Shown here piece by piece: positions 17,100 through 27,190 of a stretch of DNA of 64,000 bases. Origin of the DNA: a virus; IMG/VR virus record IMGVR_UViG_3300020159_001932, positions 1-64,000 of that record. One strand, written 5' to 3'. The position numbers were made by a program, and so were the translations under genes. A model generated the notes under the pieces. That model did not search any database. It saw only the letters and a list, made by a program, of their open reading frames with translations, and was not told where the DNA came from. Each line of letters begins with the position of its first letter. Position 1 is the stretch's first letter.

Positions 17100-17593
17100 T
17101 TTGTATAATCGACTAATTCGCTTTGACGACTAACTTCTTTAACAAAATATGCACAGGTAGGATTAGGTCCCGAATGTAAAGGAGTACACAATAATTGGCC
17201 AGGTTTCATTTTAGGAAAATACCACTTCACATCTTGGTAAACATCAACAATGTCAATATCTAAAAATTCTGGTCTAAAGCTACTTAGAGGATTGAAACAG
17301 AAAGTTCTAAATCCTCGATCATTTAAACTAGTAAGGGGTAATATTTCCATGTCAGGACCTTCGGGATCTCCTACTATGGTACACCAATCTAATGGCATTG
17401 TAATTTCATTATTTCCAATTTTTAGAACCACTGCTGGTCCTGTAAAACTTTCAAGGAAAATTAATGGAATAAAAAAATAGTCAGGATTACTACTGTCGCT
17501 GTTGTCAAGTACAGCAAATCTTAGATCCTCTTCTATTTCGTCGGGTAGTTCATTAAGGTAAAAAACCTTATCGTCTAATGTTAAAATTTGCAT
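17090..17593 (-). CDS. Hypothetical protein, possibly a degenerate HINT fold
   Basis: 167 aa, TAATG overlap with uvsW; beta-strand pattern reminiscent of HINT blocks. Confidence 0.7.
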   Translation of the reverse strand: MQILTLDDKVFYLNELPDEIEEDLRFAVLDNSDSSNPDYFFIPLIFLESFTGPAVVLKIGNNEITMPLDWCTIVGDPEGPDMEILPLTSLNDRGFRTFCFNPLSSFRPEFLDIDIVDVYQDVKWYFPKMKPGQLLCTPLHSGPNPTCAYFVKEVSRQSELVDYTKCW

Positions 17594-19083
17594 TATATGT
17601 ATTTTACTTTCTCTATTGTAAATGGGTATTTTGCTTCTTTATAGAATTTTTTACGTTCTGTAAGATGCCTTTTTGCGTATTTTGATGCGGCCGTGATATC
17701 CCAGATCTGTACGAAGTCTTTGTCGTCTGCTTTTCGAATGCCTCGCCCAATGCTTTGTATAACGCGAGTAAAGCTCTTTCCGGGCTCCACCATAACCAAA
17801 TTAAAAACACGGGGGATATTAATACCCACAGAGGCCACACCATAAGTCGCCACAATAATCTTGTTATCAGCAGTTGCCACTTCATTATATTCCGCCTTCC
17901 GGTCTTTTGTTTTTACAGATCCTGATATAAATGCTACATCAGGCTTTTCTTTTAATAAACTGAATAGTTCGCTAAGATGTGCTTGTAAGAATTGTCCACA
18001 TTCAATTCTATCTACTAACACCAGTGTATTCCCGGAATCGGAAATTTGTTTAATTAGGTTACCTAGATAAGTCATTCTATCGTGGTCGGTAACCAAATAT
18101 TTTAATTCCTCAGGATAGCTTTTGAATTCTTTCCATTCGGCAGTTTGAATAATATTTACATGGCAGTTACTAAGGATACCTTTTTCTTGTAACTCATGTG
18201 CAGCAACACGGTGAACAACTTCGCCTAAACTAGCACGAATACTTTGAAATTCATGGTCTGCTTTAGGAACAGTACCAGTAAGCCCCCATCGTATAGGTGC
18301 GCCAGCAAGGTTGCGTGTCAGAAGATTTTTTAACACCTCTGCCTTGGCCATATGTACTTCATCTACCATAACGCACTGAACATTGTCTAAAAGAATTTCT
18401 AATTTTGCAGATGCCGACTCGTCCCAATTCTTAGAATTTTTGTCTAAAATATTGAGACTCTGCCAAGTACAGATTGTATGCGTTTTATCAAGGTCTTTTC
18501 TGTCACCGTAGTACACACCTACATCTAATCCGCAGTTAATAAAGTCTTCTTCAGTTTGTTCTACCAATGACTTGTTAGGAACAACAGTAACAGTACGACC
18601 GTATTTTTCGCAGATTTTTGCCAAAGTTGCAGTAGTAATTGTCTTACCAAACCCTGTGGCAATTTCTTGAATACACTGAGGGTTTTCTAAAAATTTATTA
18701 ATAACTTCAACTTGGTCATCTCGTAATCTAATTTTCTCACCAGCAAATCGATGACCTACAGGCCATGTTTTTTCTCCCCAAAAATCCTCAGAAATTTCGT
18801 CAAATTTTAAGGCTGTTGGTACACGCAGATCATCAAGTTCAATGTAGAAATTTTTCTGTTCTAAAAATTCTAAGACCTGGGGAAGCATTGAAAGATAGGT
18901 AGTTCCGCCTAACCCAAAAAAGCTCACAGTTCCGTCCCATCGACCTAATTTATAGGCCGGTCTAAAGCGAGCAGTCGGGTCTTCATACTTGAATTTTTTA
19001 ACCAAGGCTTTACGTGTATCAAGATCTAAATTTTCAATCTTAACATTGACCTCATCTTTGATAATAATTTTACACGTAGCCAA
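17593..19083 (-). CDS. uvsW: SF2 DNA helicase UvsW
   Basis: WDG..SFF, LRDDQ, ATGFGKT, DEVH, GLTGT, GINIP, QSIGRGIR. Confidence 0.92.
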   Translation of the reverse strand: MATCKIIIKDEVNVKIENLDLDTRKALVKKFKYEDPTARFRPAYKLGRWDGTVSFFGLGGTTYLSMLPQVLEFLEQKNFYIELDDLRVPTALKFDEISEDFWGEKTWPVGHRFAGEKIRLRDDQVEVINKFLENPQCIQEIATGFGKTITTATLAKICEKYGRTVTVVPNKSLVEQTEEDFINCGLDVGVYYGDRKDLDKTHTICTWQSLNILDKNSKNWDESASAKLEILLDNVQCVMVDEVHMAKAEVLKNLLTRNLAGAPIRWGLTGTVPKADHEFQSIRASLGEVVHRVAAHELQEKGILSNCHVNIIQTAEWKEFKSYPEELKYLVTDHDRMTYLGNLIKQISDSGNTLVLVDRIECGQFLQAHLSELFSLLKEKPDVAFISGSVKTKDRKAEYNEVATADNKIIVATYGVASVGINIPRVFNLVMVEPGKSFTRVIQSIGRGIRKADDKDFVQIWDITAASKYAKRHLTERKKFYKEAKYPFTIEKVKYI

Positions 19084-20248
19084 AATTTACATTCCTTTGG
19101 TCTTTTATTTTTGAATAAAACATCACATTTTCGTGATTTCCGACGTAGTCTCTTAATGAGTAGTGGACATTGTTATATCCAAGATTTAAAATACTGTGAA
19201 ATTTAATTTTAGAGTTTAACACAGGCTTAGGCAATTTGCTACTCACAAAAATAATTTTTGTTTCATTACGTATGGGAGAATTTAGTTCATTAAATTTCAC
19301 AAAATTATTGAAAATTTCGTGAGTTTCTGATGGTAATCTAAACATTACACTCATGTCTGTGTTTTTTATGTCCATGGATTTAAAAAACTCGTACGATGCT
19401 GTTAACGTAGCAAGCTCATTACCACCTGGTATAATAACCAGTGTTGGTCCCATAAACTTAATAATGTCTTTGATCACTGAAATTTCATGATTTTCGCTGT
19501 CAATTTGAAATTTTGAGCCTGTAGGAGATTTTAAAAATTCTCTAGTAATAGGATCAACTTCGTCGCTGTCTAAAAAATTAGATATTGTGTCGTCCCAGGT
19601 AAAAATTCCTCTTTTTCTTGCTTCAAAAATTGATTCTAGAATGTCAACAGTTTGTAATTTTGGTAATTCTGGGCGACAATTTTTAAATTGAGGAATTTTA
19701 TCCTCAATTACAAGCATGGGTACATATTGCTCAAAATTTTCTGTTATTTTTTTTACTTGTTGCGACAGATTATGAAAATATTCATCTACTTCGAAATTTT
19801 CTTCTTCTGCCAATTCCATCAAAAATTGAATTCCTGCTTCTCTCAATGAAAAAAACCAACATTTTTCTTCTTTGTCCCAAATTGCCGGCGATTCATCTTT
19901 TATATCTCTAATTCTTTTTATAAGATTTTCACTATAAGGAAAAATTGCCCTAACTGCCTTGCCGTAGATGGGATGATCAGTTACATTTAATTTTTTTAAA
20001 TGACTAACTTGCCTTAGCGGGTTACGAAAAGTTGGATTTAGTAAAAAAGGTGTCAAATCAGTCTTCATTGCAGCCGATAATGCTGTTGAATATCTGTTTA
20101 TTGTTTTAATGGCTAATACACTTTGTTTCTCTGTAAAGCTAGACCCACGAGAAATTTGATCATAGAAACTGCTGACAAGATTTTGGTCCCATCGATTTAG
20201 CGGAGTCTTGGAATAAACAAGAGAAATGATTAAATCTTCAATATGCAT
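19070..20248 (-). CDS. Hypothetical protein upstream of uvsW
   Basis: 392-aa ORF with its own sigma70-type promoter; WDKEEKCWFF motif. Confidence 0.75.
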   Translation of the reverse strand: MHIEDLIISLVYSKTPLNRWDQNLVSSFYDQISRGSSFTEKQSVLAIKTINRYSTALSAAMKTDLTPFLLNPTFRNPLRQVSHLKKLNVTDHPIYGKAVRAIFPYSENLIKRIRDIKDESPAIWDKEEKCWFFSLREAGIQFLMELAEEENFEVDEYFHNLSQQVKKITENFEQYVPMLVIEDKIPQFKNCRPELPKLQTVDILESIFEARKRGIFTWDDTISNFLDSDEVDPITREFLKSPTGSKFQIDSENHEISVIKDIIKFMGPTLVIIPGGNELATLTASYEFFKSMDIKNTDMSVMFRLPSETHEIFNNFVKFNELNSPIRNETKIIFVSSKLPKPVLNSKIKFHSILNLGYNNVHYSLRDYVGNHENVMFYSKIKDQRNVNFGYV

Positions 20249-20254
20249 GATTAT

Positions 20255-20283
20255 ATTATAGACTCAAAGTGTGATATCTTCAA
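20255..20283 (-). promoter_or_regulatory. Sigma70-type promoter for the uvsW operon
   Basis: TTGAAG (20283-20278), 17 nt, TATAAT (20260-20255); ATG 6 nt downstream. Confidence 0.7.
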
Positions 20284-20719
20284 GACCAGCGGCTCTCAAT
20301 TTAATAATATTGCTTAACTGCCATTGCTTGATGTCAAGGCCTTTGATGATACCTAACCACTGGTTACGTAACATGGCAAACTCGTTGATAATTTTTTCCA
20401 TATCAACTACATCTGCTTCACCTTCGACGTATTTTTCGCAATCTCTACTGCTCAGAGCACGTTGATAGTTTTCAAGGTATTTTTTAAATGCCTTGGATTT
20501 GATTCTTCTTAACTCAATGTTAAGATATTCTAAGATAGCTTCAATCTCTTGAAGTTGATTAAATCTTTGCTCGACAATACCAGGTAAGGAAGCAGAGGCT
20601 CTCTCTACGTTTCCGTGGATTGAAACCTCTTTCCTTGCATTTTCAATTTCAAGGTAAAAATGATCTAAACAACTTGGAAGATGTGCTATGTCTTTTGAGA
20701 CTTTAGCATACCAAGACAT
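20264..20719 (-). CDS. uvsY: Recombination mediator UvsY
   Basis: 151-aa helical protein with KYVEGEAD and IIKGLDIKQWQLSNIIKLR, downstream of uvsX. Confidence 0.75.
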   Translation of the reverse strand: MSWYAKVSKDIAHLPSCLDHFYLEIENARKEVSIHGNVERASASLPGIVEQRFNQLQEIEAILEYLNIELRRIKSKAFKKYLENYQRALSSRDCEKYVEGEADVVDMEKIINEFAMLRNQWLGIIKGLDIKQWQLSNIIKLRAAGLEDITL

Positions 20720-20722
20720 GGA

Positions 20723-20968
20723 TTACTCCTCGTCTTCGTCGTAGTTGTAATCGTCTTCTTCAAAGTCTTCGTCAATTTCGTCTGCGGTAGCCAAAGTAAT
20801 AGCATCGTCTAGGTAAGCATCGTAGCCCATGATACTTTTAAGTACGCTGGTCTCAACGTCCTTACCAATTAACATGTCAACAAAATGACTTGCCGCAGTT
20901 TCTTTATTTTTATCTGAAATATATTCTTTAAATACATCCCATACTTCAATAATTAGATCTTCTTCCAT
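20723..20968 (-). CDS. Small protein with acidic C-terminal tail
   Basis: ATG 20968 with GAGGA SD; tail DEIDEDFEEDDYNYDEDEE. Confidence 0.7.
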   Translation of the reverse strand: MEEDLIIEVWDVFKEYISDKNKETAASHFVDMLIGKDVETSVLKSIMGYDAYLDDAITLATADEIDEDFEEDDYNYDEDEE

Positions 20969-20969
20969 A

Positions 20970-22025
20970 TTATTCCTCTGATTCAGTAAGTTCTGTTGTT
21001 TGTAATACAACAGAAGATTCGTCCCATTCTAACATAATTTTCATGAGCTTATCTTCTGTCCAGTTTTTACGAAACTCGGCAATAATTTCACCAGTTTCTT
21101 TACTAGTATATGCTAACTTATTGCCTACTTTAGATAGTACACTCATTTTCTCAAATAAGTCAACCAATCCGGAGGTCGGTGCCATACCAGTAGAATACGG
21201 AATCTTTACTTGCACAGATTCAAAAGGTTTTGCATACCGAGTTTTCATTACTTTGCAGGCGCTACGGATACCGAGAACATCGCTAGTTTTGTTGCCATCT
21301 TCATCCTCTTTAAGTTTGAGTTTTTTCATTGCAACAACAATAGATGACGCATAAATGAAGCCTTGACCACCACTAATTTTGTCATCTGGGTCAAACATAT
21401 CCTGACTTGCGTATGTGTGATTAGTAGCAACCAATCCAACATTCCATGAGCCAAACATGTTTACACAGTTACGAACAAGCGATGTAAGTGCTTTAGGTTT
21501 ACGACCCATATCACCCTTCATCTCACCTGCTTCAAACTGATTAACATCAGTTGGAGTAAGCAACATACCCAACGAGTCGATTACAAACAATACCTTAGGA
21601 CGATCGTCCTCGGGCATGGTTTTATACTCTTTCATGAATTCGGATATAGTTTTTGCTACATCGTCAATCATGGCCATGTTAAGTTTAAGAAGTTTTTCTT
21701 CACTAGTATCTACACCTAATGCATGAAGCCAGGTTTCATCTAATGCGTTTTCGGAATCAACTAGAATAACATAGATGCCTTGTTCTTGTGCGTGTCGGAT
21801 GATATTTCCGGAGCAGATGTATGATTTACCTGCGCCGGATTCTCCAGCAAACACGGTTACCTTGCCTAGCGGAACTCCTTTAAAGAAGTCACCGCTAATA
21901 AGATAATTTAAAGCATAGTTACCTGTTGATACCCAGTCTGTAGGATCGTTAAATCCAATACCTAACCCATCAATAGATTTGGTCAAAGATTTACGAAACT
22001 TTGAAATATCAAAGGCTTTTCCCAT
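20970..22025 (-). CDS. uvsX: RecA-like recombinase UvsX
   Basis: AGESGAGKS, VDSENALD, VIDSLG, DMGRK, TNHTY, SGG.G..YASS, KTR. Confidence 0.93.
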   Translation of the reverse strand: MGKAFDISKFRKSLTKSIDGLGIGFNDPTDWVSTGNYALNYLISGDFFKGVPLGKVTVFAGESGAGKSYICSGNIIRHAQEQGIYVILVDSENALDETWLHALGVDTSEEKLLKLNMAMIDDVAKTISEFMKEYKTMPEDDRPKVLFVIDSLGMLLTPTDVNQFEAGEMKGDMGRKPKALTSLVRNCVNMFGSWNVGLVATNHTYASQDMFDPDDKISGGQGFIYASSIVVAMKKLKLKEDEDGNKTSDVLGIRSACKVMKTRYAKPFESVQVKIPYSTGMAPTSGLVDLFEKMSVLSKVGNKLAYTSKETGEIIAEFRKNWTEDKLMKIMLEWDESSVVLQTTELTESEE

Positions 22026-22038
22026 TATCGTCTCCTAA

Positions 22039-23028
22039 TTATTGCTTTTGACGATTACGGATCATCGCAATGATGTCTGCGGCACGACTTCCTGCGTCAC
22101 CAGATGCTGCCGGAGCGGCTGCTGGAGTTGCGGCAGGTGCCGCTTGTTCAAAAGGGGGATCTTCGTCCTCGTTTACTGCTGGTGCAGATACAGGTGCTGC
22201 CTTTGCTGTTGGGGCTGTGCTACCAGTTGATTGACCGCTACCGCCCATGCCAGCTGGCTTATAGTATTGACCCCAACGTTCCATGTCAAATGCTTCGCCA
22301 TCGACTGATGCCTCAAACATTTCTTTAATAACTTTGAGTTCAACATCGGTGGGTTTCTTGGGCAAGAAGTCACTCAGCTTAAACAAACCGTGTTGTTTAA
22401 TTGCCGCATTTTCTGCCTCAGTCAAAGCACGTTCACGACGAGCCCAAGTACTAGTAGAATAGTCAGCATAACCACCTTTAGATGTTTTTGCAATCTTGAA
22501 ATCCAAGCCACGGACAAAGTCAGTTGGCAATTCTTCAATTTCACTATCCATTAACGCATTCTTAACAATGTTAAAAATTTGTGAACCGATAATGAATCTA
22601 CGAATTGGATTCTCTGGAGTTTTGTCTTCTTGCAATTTGCTGTCAATAACAAACCCTTGGAACAAGTAAGATTTCTTTTTCCAGTACTTACGACCCATAT
22701 CTTCCAAAGATTTGTCCTTGAACCAAGGGCGTACTTCTGTAAGAACTGGGCAAGTTTCTCCCCACATTTCCATACAAGGAACTTGAACTTGTACCTGTTT
22801 AGAATTAGTTTCTCCCTTAACTCCGGCAAAAGGCAATTTGATCATTGCACGTTCAATCCAGAAAAAAGTGTTGTTGGGGTCTGCGTCAGGAAGGAAACGA
22901 ACTGTTGTCGTTGTGCCTTCTGGCATATTCCAATGGGGGTAAATTGCGTTGTCTCCGCCGGTTGCGCTACCGCCGTTTTGTTGAGATGATTGTTGAAGTT
23001 TTGCGCGAATTTCTGCTAGAGTTGCCAT
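22039..23028 (-). CDS. gp32: Single-stranded DNA-binding protein (T4 gp32-like)
   Basis: VRFLP, C...CPV, G.DF, YADYS.S.W, low-complexity tail; upstream of uvsX. Confidence 0.85.
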   Translation of the reverse strand: MATLAEIRAKLQQSSQQNGGSATGGDNAIYPHWNMPEGTTTTVRFLPDADPNNTFFWIERAMIKLPFAGVKGETNSKQVQVQVPCMEMWGETCPVLTEVRPWFKDKSLEDMGRKYWKKKSYLFQGFVIDSKLQEDKTPENPIRRFIIGSQIFNIVKNALMDSEIEELPTDFVRGLDFKIAKTSKGGYADYSTSTWARRERALTEAENAAIKQHGLFKLSDFLPKKPTDVELKVIKEMFEASVDGEAFDMERWGQYYKPAGMGGSGQSTGSTAPTAKAAPVSAPAVNEDEDPPFEQAAPAATPAAAPAASGDAGSRAADIIAMIRNRQKQ

Positions 23029-23089
23029 AATGTTTTCCTTAATGTTTAATTTTATGTGCCATTTCTTTAAAGCCCACTGACTAAAAAGA

Positions 23090-23121
23090 AAAAGTGCATA
23101 TAGTTAACTATACGCACTTTT
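23090..23121 (-). terminator. Long hairpin plus U-tract in the gp32 leader
   Basis: Minus strand AAAAGTGCGTATAG-TTAA-CTATATGCACTTTT then TCTTTTT. Confidence 0.65.
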
Positions 23122-23159
23122 ATTTATTACTGCAACCTAAAAGGTGCAGATAATATGGG

Positions 23160-25574
23160 TTATTTTGCCAATCCAGATAATTTCATAATTGAGGCTAGTT
23201 CTTCACTCATACCCAATTCTGCCTTCCTACGAGCCAACCCTGCTGAGCTTGTTGGGCTATTGGTTTTTTCTTTTTCTAAATCTTTAGTAGACATTTTCCA
23301 ATCACCGCCTTGTTCCTTGCGCTTGTACGCAGGCACTTGACTCTTATCTGGGCCGCTTTCATTTGGTCCTCGGTTATCTGGAACACCGCCGGCTTTCATA
23401 TATCTGGCACGATCAGCGTAACTGCCACGCTCTACATCTTTATCATGAGGAGCAAGTTCTTTTTTCTTTTGAGGATCGGTAATGTGCTTCGAAGGGTGCC
23501 AATCACCTGCCTTTTTATCTTCAGCCGGCATAATATTCTTATTGAAATCTCTGCCTCCCATACCTTGATCGCCAATTCCTTCTACTTTGGTTTTGATATT
23601 ACCTAATAATTCTTTTAATCGAGCAAGTCCGTCATCACCAACATTACCATGTTTTTGATGCCATTCGTTTGTAAGTTTTTCAATAAATTGTCCTGCCAGT
23701 CCTTCTGCAAACTCGCCTGCCTTGTCACCAAATTTTTCAGCAACTTGTTTCTTACAGTCAAGAGCAATATTTTCTGTACCTCGGAAAGGCCCAACACTAG
23801 GATTGTCTGCGTTATAAAAACTCTTAACAATCTTTGCTACTTCTTTAACAATGCCTTCTCGCGTTGGCATCATTCCTTCTCTGCCCTTCATTTCTTCATT
23901 TTCATGTAGACTATCATATGCTAAATCGTATACAAGATCACCGTGCTCGTCGTTTAGTTGATCCATTTCTTCATCGCTTAGATCTGTTCCGTCAGTAAAT
24001 GAAGCATGGCTAATATATGCATCAGTGAAATCTGGATAGTCTCTGGGATCAACACCATCAATTTCTAAACTACGCATGTCAATTTCTTTACCATTGATCA
24101 TGCGACCTGAACCTTCTGCTACTGGTTGTTCAGGTGCAGGCTCTGCGGTTGGTGCAGGTGCAGGTGCAGGCTCTGCGGTCGGCGCAGCAACCTCGGCACC
24201 TGTCATTCCTAAAGCAGTCAATAGCTCTGGATAATTTTCTTTTGCCCATGACTGAAATACTTGCATGGAAGTTGCTTGTATATCAGGATCTCTGTTTGTT
24301 TCGTCTTGGAATGCATTTTCTAATTCGCTATCGTCGATGCCAAATTCGTTGAAAAAATTATATGCTTGTTCTAAATCTAATTCTGGACCAGTATCGCCTT
24401 GAGGTAGTTGTTCAAGTGCCTGTTTTAGTGCTGTAATTTGATCGTCTGCTAATTTGCCTTGTTCAACTGCTTCTGCCCAATTTTCAAATGCGCTAAATGC
24501 ATCTTCTTTAGTTTCTTCTTCAGTTGTGTCATCTTTCTCAGATTCCTGAACATAGTCTTCTAAATCTATTTTATTTGCTTCACTCATGATACTATGTAGT
24601 AACGGAAAGAACGATGCCAATTCTTCTTGAAAGTTAGTTTGTGTAAATGTCTGCTTATATTGTTCCATGGTAACTGCATCTAATTCAGTTAGATCGTTAT
24701 TCATGATTTCGTTTTCATTAAATTCTGCCACCCATGATTCGTAATGGTGACGTTTGCCTAGTGCTTCCACTCTTGCTTTTAGTTCTTGAAGTCGGCCTAT
24801 GGCTCGCTCTGTAATTCCTGTTGCATCGTCATGCAAGGTGGCGCTGTGTACTTTACGCTGAAATTCTTGTAGTTGTGCAATTTGTTCACTCATACGTACA
24901 ATAGCTTTACCAGCCGAATCATGTGGAACACCACCGTGGTCAACGTGTTGTGCCATAGCAAATGCACCAGCTGGATGAATGAACGGGTATTTAAATCTCT
25001 CACCATCGTGGTTTTGAATAAAAATTGCTTTAATATTTTTTCTTTGGCTACGACTTCCGGGAAACATTTCATCAACTGGTTTTGCGTGACGTACAATGAC
25101 TTCAGTGCGTCCTTTTACAGCACGACTAGTTTTTTTAGTGCTCTTATGATTCCATCTTGATTCATTCATCGTATTACTCATTTCTTCTTCCTTGGGTGCT
25201 TGTGTTGTTGCTAGATGTTGAAAGTCATTTTTATCAAGATTTGTTTTTGTTATATCACGAGTATCAAATCTTAATAATCTACGCATGGCAAAAAATCTCA
25301 TTTCTTTTAAAAAACTATACCATTTTTGCTTGGCAGGATCGTCTTGATTTTCTGTAATTCCTTGACTGTAATAGACTTTTAAACTACCTAATTCATTTAA
25401 ACTGATACTGACACGCCCTAAGTTATTACCTTCGACAACAAAGTCAAAATCAAAAAAACGTGCTTCTGCAGGGTCAATGGTAACTGCTCCAGTTTGGTCG
25501 CCCATTTCTAGATTACCGAAACGGCTACGAACTTTATCGAACAGGTCTTGAGAGATTATTTGAATTGCTTTCAT
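23160..25574 (-). CDS. Large acidic modular protein, probably head-associated/internal
   Basis: 804 aa after terminase; Pro/Ala linker; many hydrophobic-x-E sites; ends IMKLSGLAK; TAAATA 5 nt before ATG. Confidence 0.7.
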   Translation of the reverse strand: MKAIQIISQDLFDKVRSRFGNLEMGDQTGAVTIDPAEARFFDFDFVVEGNNLGRVSISLNELGSLKVYYSQGITENQDDPAKQKWYSFLKEMRFFAMRRLLRFDTRDITKTNLDKNDFQHLATTQAPKEEEMSNTMNESRWNHKSTKKTSRAVKGRTEVIVRHAKPVDEMFPGSRSQRKNIKAIFIQNHDGERFKYPFIHPAGAFAMAQHVDHGGVPHDSAGKAIVRMSEQIAQLQEFQRKVHSATLHDDATGITERAIGRLQELKARVEALGKRHHYESWVAEFNENEIMNNDLTELDAVTMEQYKQTFTQTNFQEELASFFPLLHSIMSEANKIDLEDYVQESEKDDTTEEETKEDAFSAFENWAEAVEQGKLADDQITALKQALEQLPQGDTGPELDLEQAYNFFNEFGIDDSELENAFQDETNRDPDIQATSMQVFQSWAKENYPELLTALGMTGAEVAAPTAEPAPAPAPTAEPAPEQPVAEGSGRMINGKEIDMRSLEIDGVDPRDYPDFTDAYISHASFTDGTDLSDEEMDQLNDEHGDLVYDLAYDSLHENEEMKGREGMMPTREGIVKEVAKIVKSFYNADNPSVGPFRGTENIALDCKKQVAEKFGDKAGEFAEGLAGQFIEKLTNEWHQKHGNVGDDGLARLKELLGNIKTKVEGIGDQGMGGRDFNKNIMPAEDKKAGDWHPSKHITDPQKKKELAPHDKDVERGSYADRARYMKAGGVPDNRGPNESGPDKSQVPAYKRKEQGGDWKMSTKDLEKEKTNSPTSSAGLARRKAELGMSEELASIMKLSGLAK

Positions 25575-25586
25575 AGTCTTATTTAG

Positions 25587-27176
25587 TTAAAATGCACTGC
25601 TTACATATACGGGCATGGGCATAATCCATTCATCTTCGCGCTCTTCTCGCATTTTGTCATAAATTGCAGGATCCCAATCTTGTAATATCATCATCATTCG
25701 AACAGCCAATAACAATGCACTAACCAAGTCGTCGTGTTGGCCCACTTTTGCTTCAAAGCCGAGTCCTTTTGCAATGTAAGTTTTTAATTCAGAAATTAAT
25801 GCTTTTGAATTAAGTTTCATCCTATTACTTTCAATTAGATGTTTTAATTTAGCACAAACCGCAATTTTACTAGTATGTGTTGTATAGAATCCTTTGCGGT
25901 ATCTTCGAACATGCCCTTTTTTAATAGGTTCACTTAAAAACAACCCAGGTATACTTTCTTCGCCGATTTCATTGATTGCTACTAGAGCAGCCTCGCCTAC
26001 GCTATTGTTTTCAACACTATAATATAGACTAGGAGTAGATCCTTTTTTACTACATTCATCATTTATATAATTGCAAATATCTCGTAGTATTCTTGCTTGA
26101 CCCTGTATTGGAGTAAGATTATGGTGCCATTCGCCTACCTGTTCGAGTGTAGGAAGTTCTATTATTTGTATTCCTGCAGGATCTCCTCCAGTGCCTAGAC
26201 TTGGATCCAGTGATACAAGGTATGTATATTTAGGATTAATTTTTTTATACCATCGACATTGACCCATTTTCATTATGGGTTCGTTACCTTCTAGGTCTGC
26301 TAGTTTAATGCTATTAATTAATGTTTCGTCAAAAACTAAGAATTCACATTCGTGTTCACGACGGAATCTTTCGTCACCTACTCGGCTTCTTTCTTCGCCT
26401 GCCCACTTTTCATCTCTATCAGGATGCTGACTCCATATTGCCATATATGGAAAGAATCCATTTTTTCCTAGTTCAGTGGTATTTCCAAAATCATCAAGGC
26501 GCTTATTTGCTTCTTTCCAGATCAGTGAAAATTGATCTTCGTCGCTGTTAGGCGTTGATGTAATAATTGCTTTACCACCTGTAGCAAGTGTAGGCGAAAT
26601 GGAAGTCCAAAACTCTGTAGCAATGTTAGGTTCAACGTAGGCAAACTCGTCACAGTATAGTAGCGATACAGACATACCTCGACCGGTTGTTTCAGTGGTT
26701 GTCTGAGCTACAATACGAGATCCGTTATCAAATTCAATACTTTGCTTGTTGTAACTTGTAACCCCTGCTCTAATCCAATCGGGGCAAGTCTCATACGCAT
26801 AGCGTAAGCGTTGCATAATTTCTTGGGCACCTGTGTATTTGTGCGCCGAGATAAGGATTGTGCTATCAGGTACAAACATAGCATACCATAGCAAATAGCC
26901 TACAGCCGTTGTGGTCTTTCCCATCTGGCGCCCAAGCATGTTAACACTGAATCGATGAGAATTATAACTTTGTAATAAGGTTCTTTGATAATCAAATGCT
27001 TGATATTGAATTTTACCCTTTGTAGGGTGCTGTATGAAAAAATAATTATCAAGAAAAAATGCAGGGCCTGTTTCAGGGTCCTGACATTTTAATAAATTAG
27101 CAATATCTCCCTCAGTAAATTTTTGAGTAGTATGTGCTGTCTTAATTAGTTTTCCGTCTAAGTTCTTTGATCCCAT
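25587..27176 (-). CDS. gp17: Terminase large subunit (T4 gp17-like)
   Basis: YQ adenine motif, GRQMGKTT, LYCDEFA, ITSTPN, nuclease SLDPSLG and HDDLV. Confidence 0.95.
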   Translation of the reverse strand: MGSKNLDGKLIKTAHTTQKFTEGDIANLLKCQDPETGPAFFLDNYFFIQHPTKGKIQYQAFDYQRTLLQSYNSHRFSVNMLGRQMGKTTTAVGYLLWYAMFVPDSTILISAHKYTGAQEIMQRLRYAYETCPDWIRAGVTSYNKQSIEFDNGSRIVAQTTTETTGRGMSVSLLYCDEFAYVEPNIATEFWTSISPTLATGGKAIITSTPNSDEDQFSLIWKEANKRLDDFGNTTELGKNGFFPYMAIWSQHPDRDEKWAGEERSRVGDERFRREHECEFLVFDETLINSIKLADLEGNEPIMKMGQCRWYKKINPKYTYLVSLDPSLGTGGDPAGIQIIELPTLEQVGEWHHNLTPIQGQARILRDICNYINDECSKKGSTPSLYYSVENNSVGEAALVAINEIGEESIPGLFLSEPIKKGHVRRYRKGFYTTHTSKIAVCAKLKHLIESNRMKLNSKALISELKTYIAKGLGFEAKVGQHDDLVSALLLAVRMMMILQDWDPAIYDKMREEREDEWIMPMPVYVSSAF

Positions 27177-27190
27177 GTTTATATTTAATG

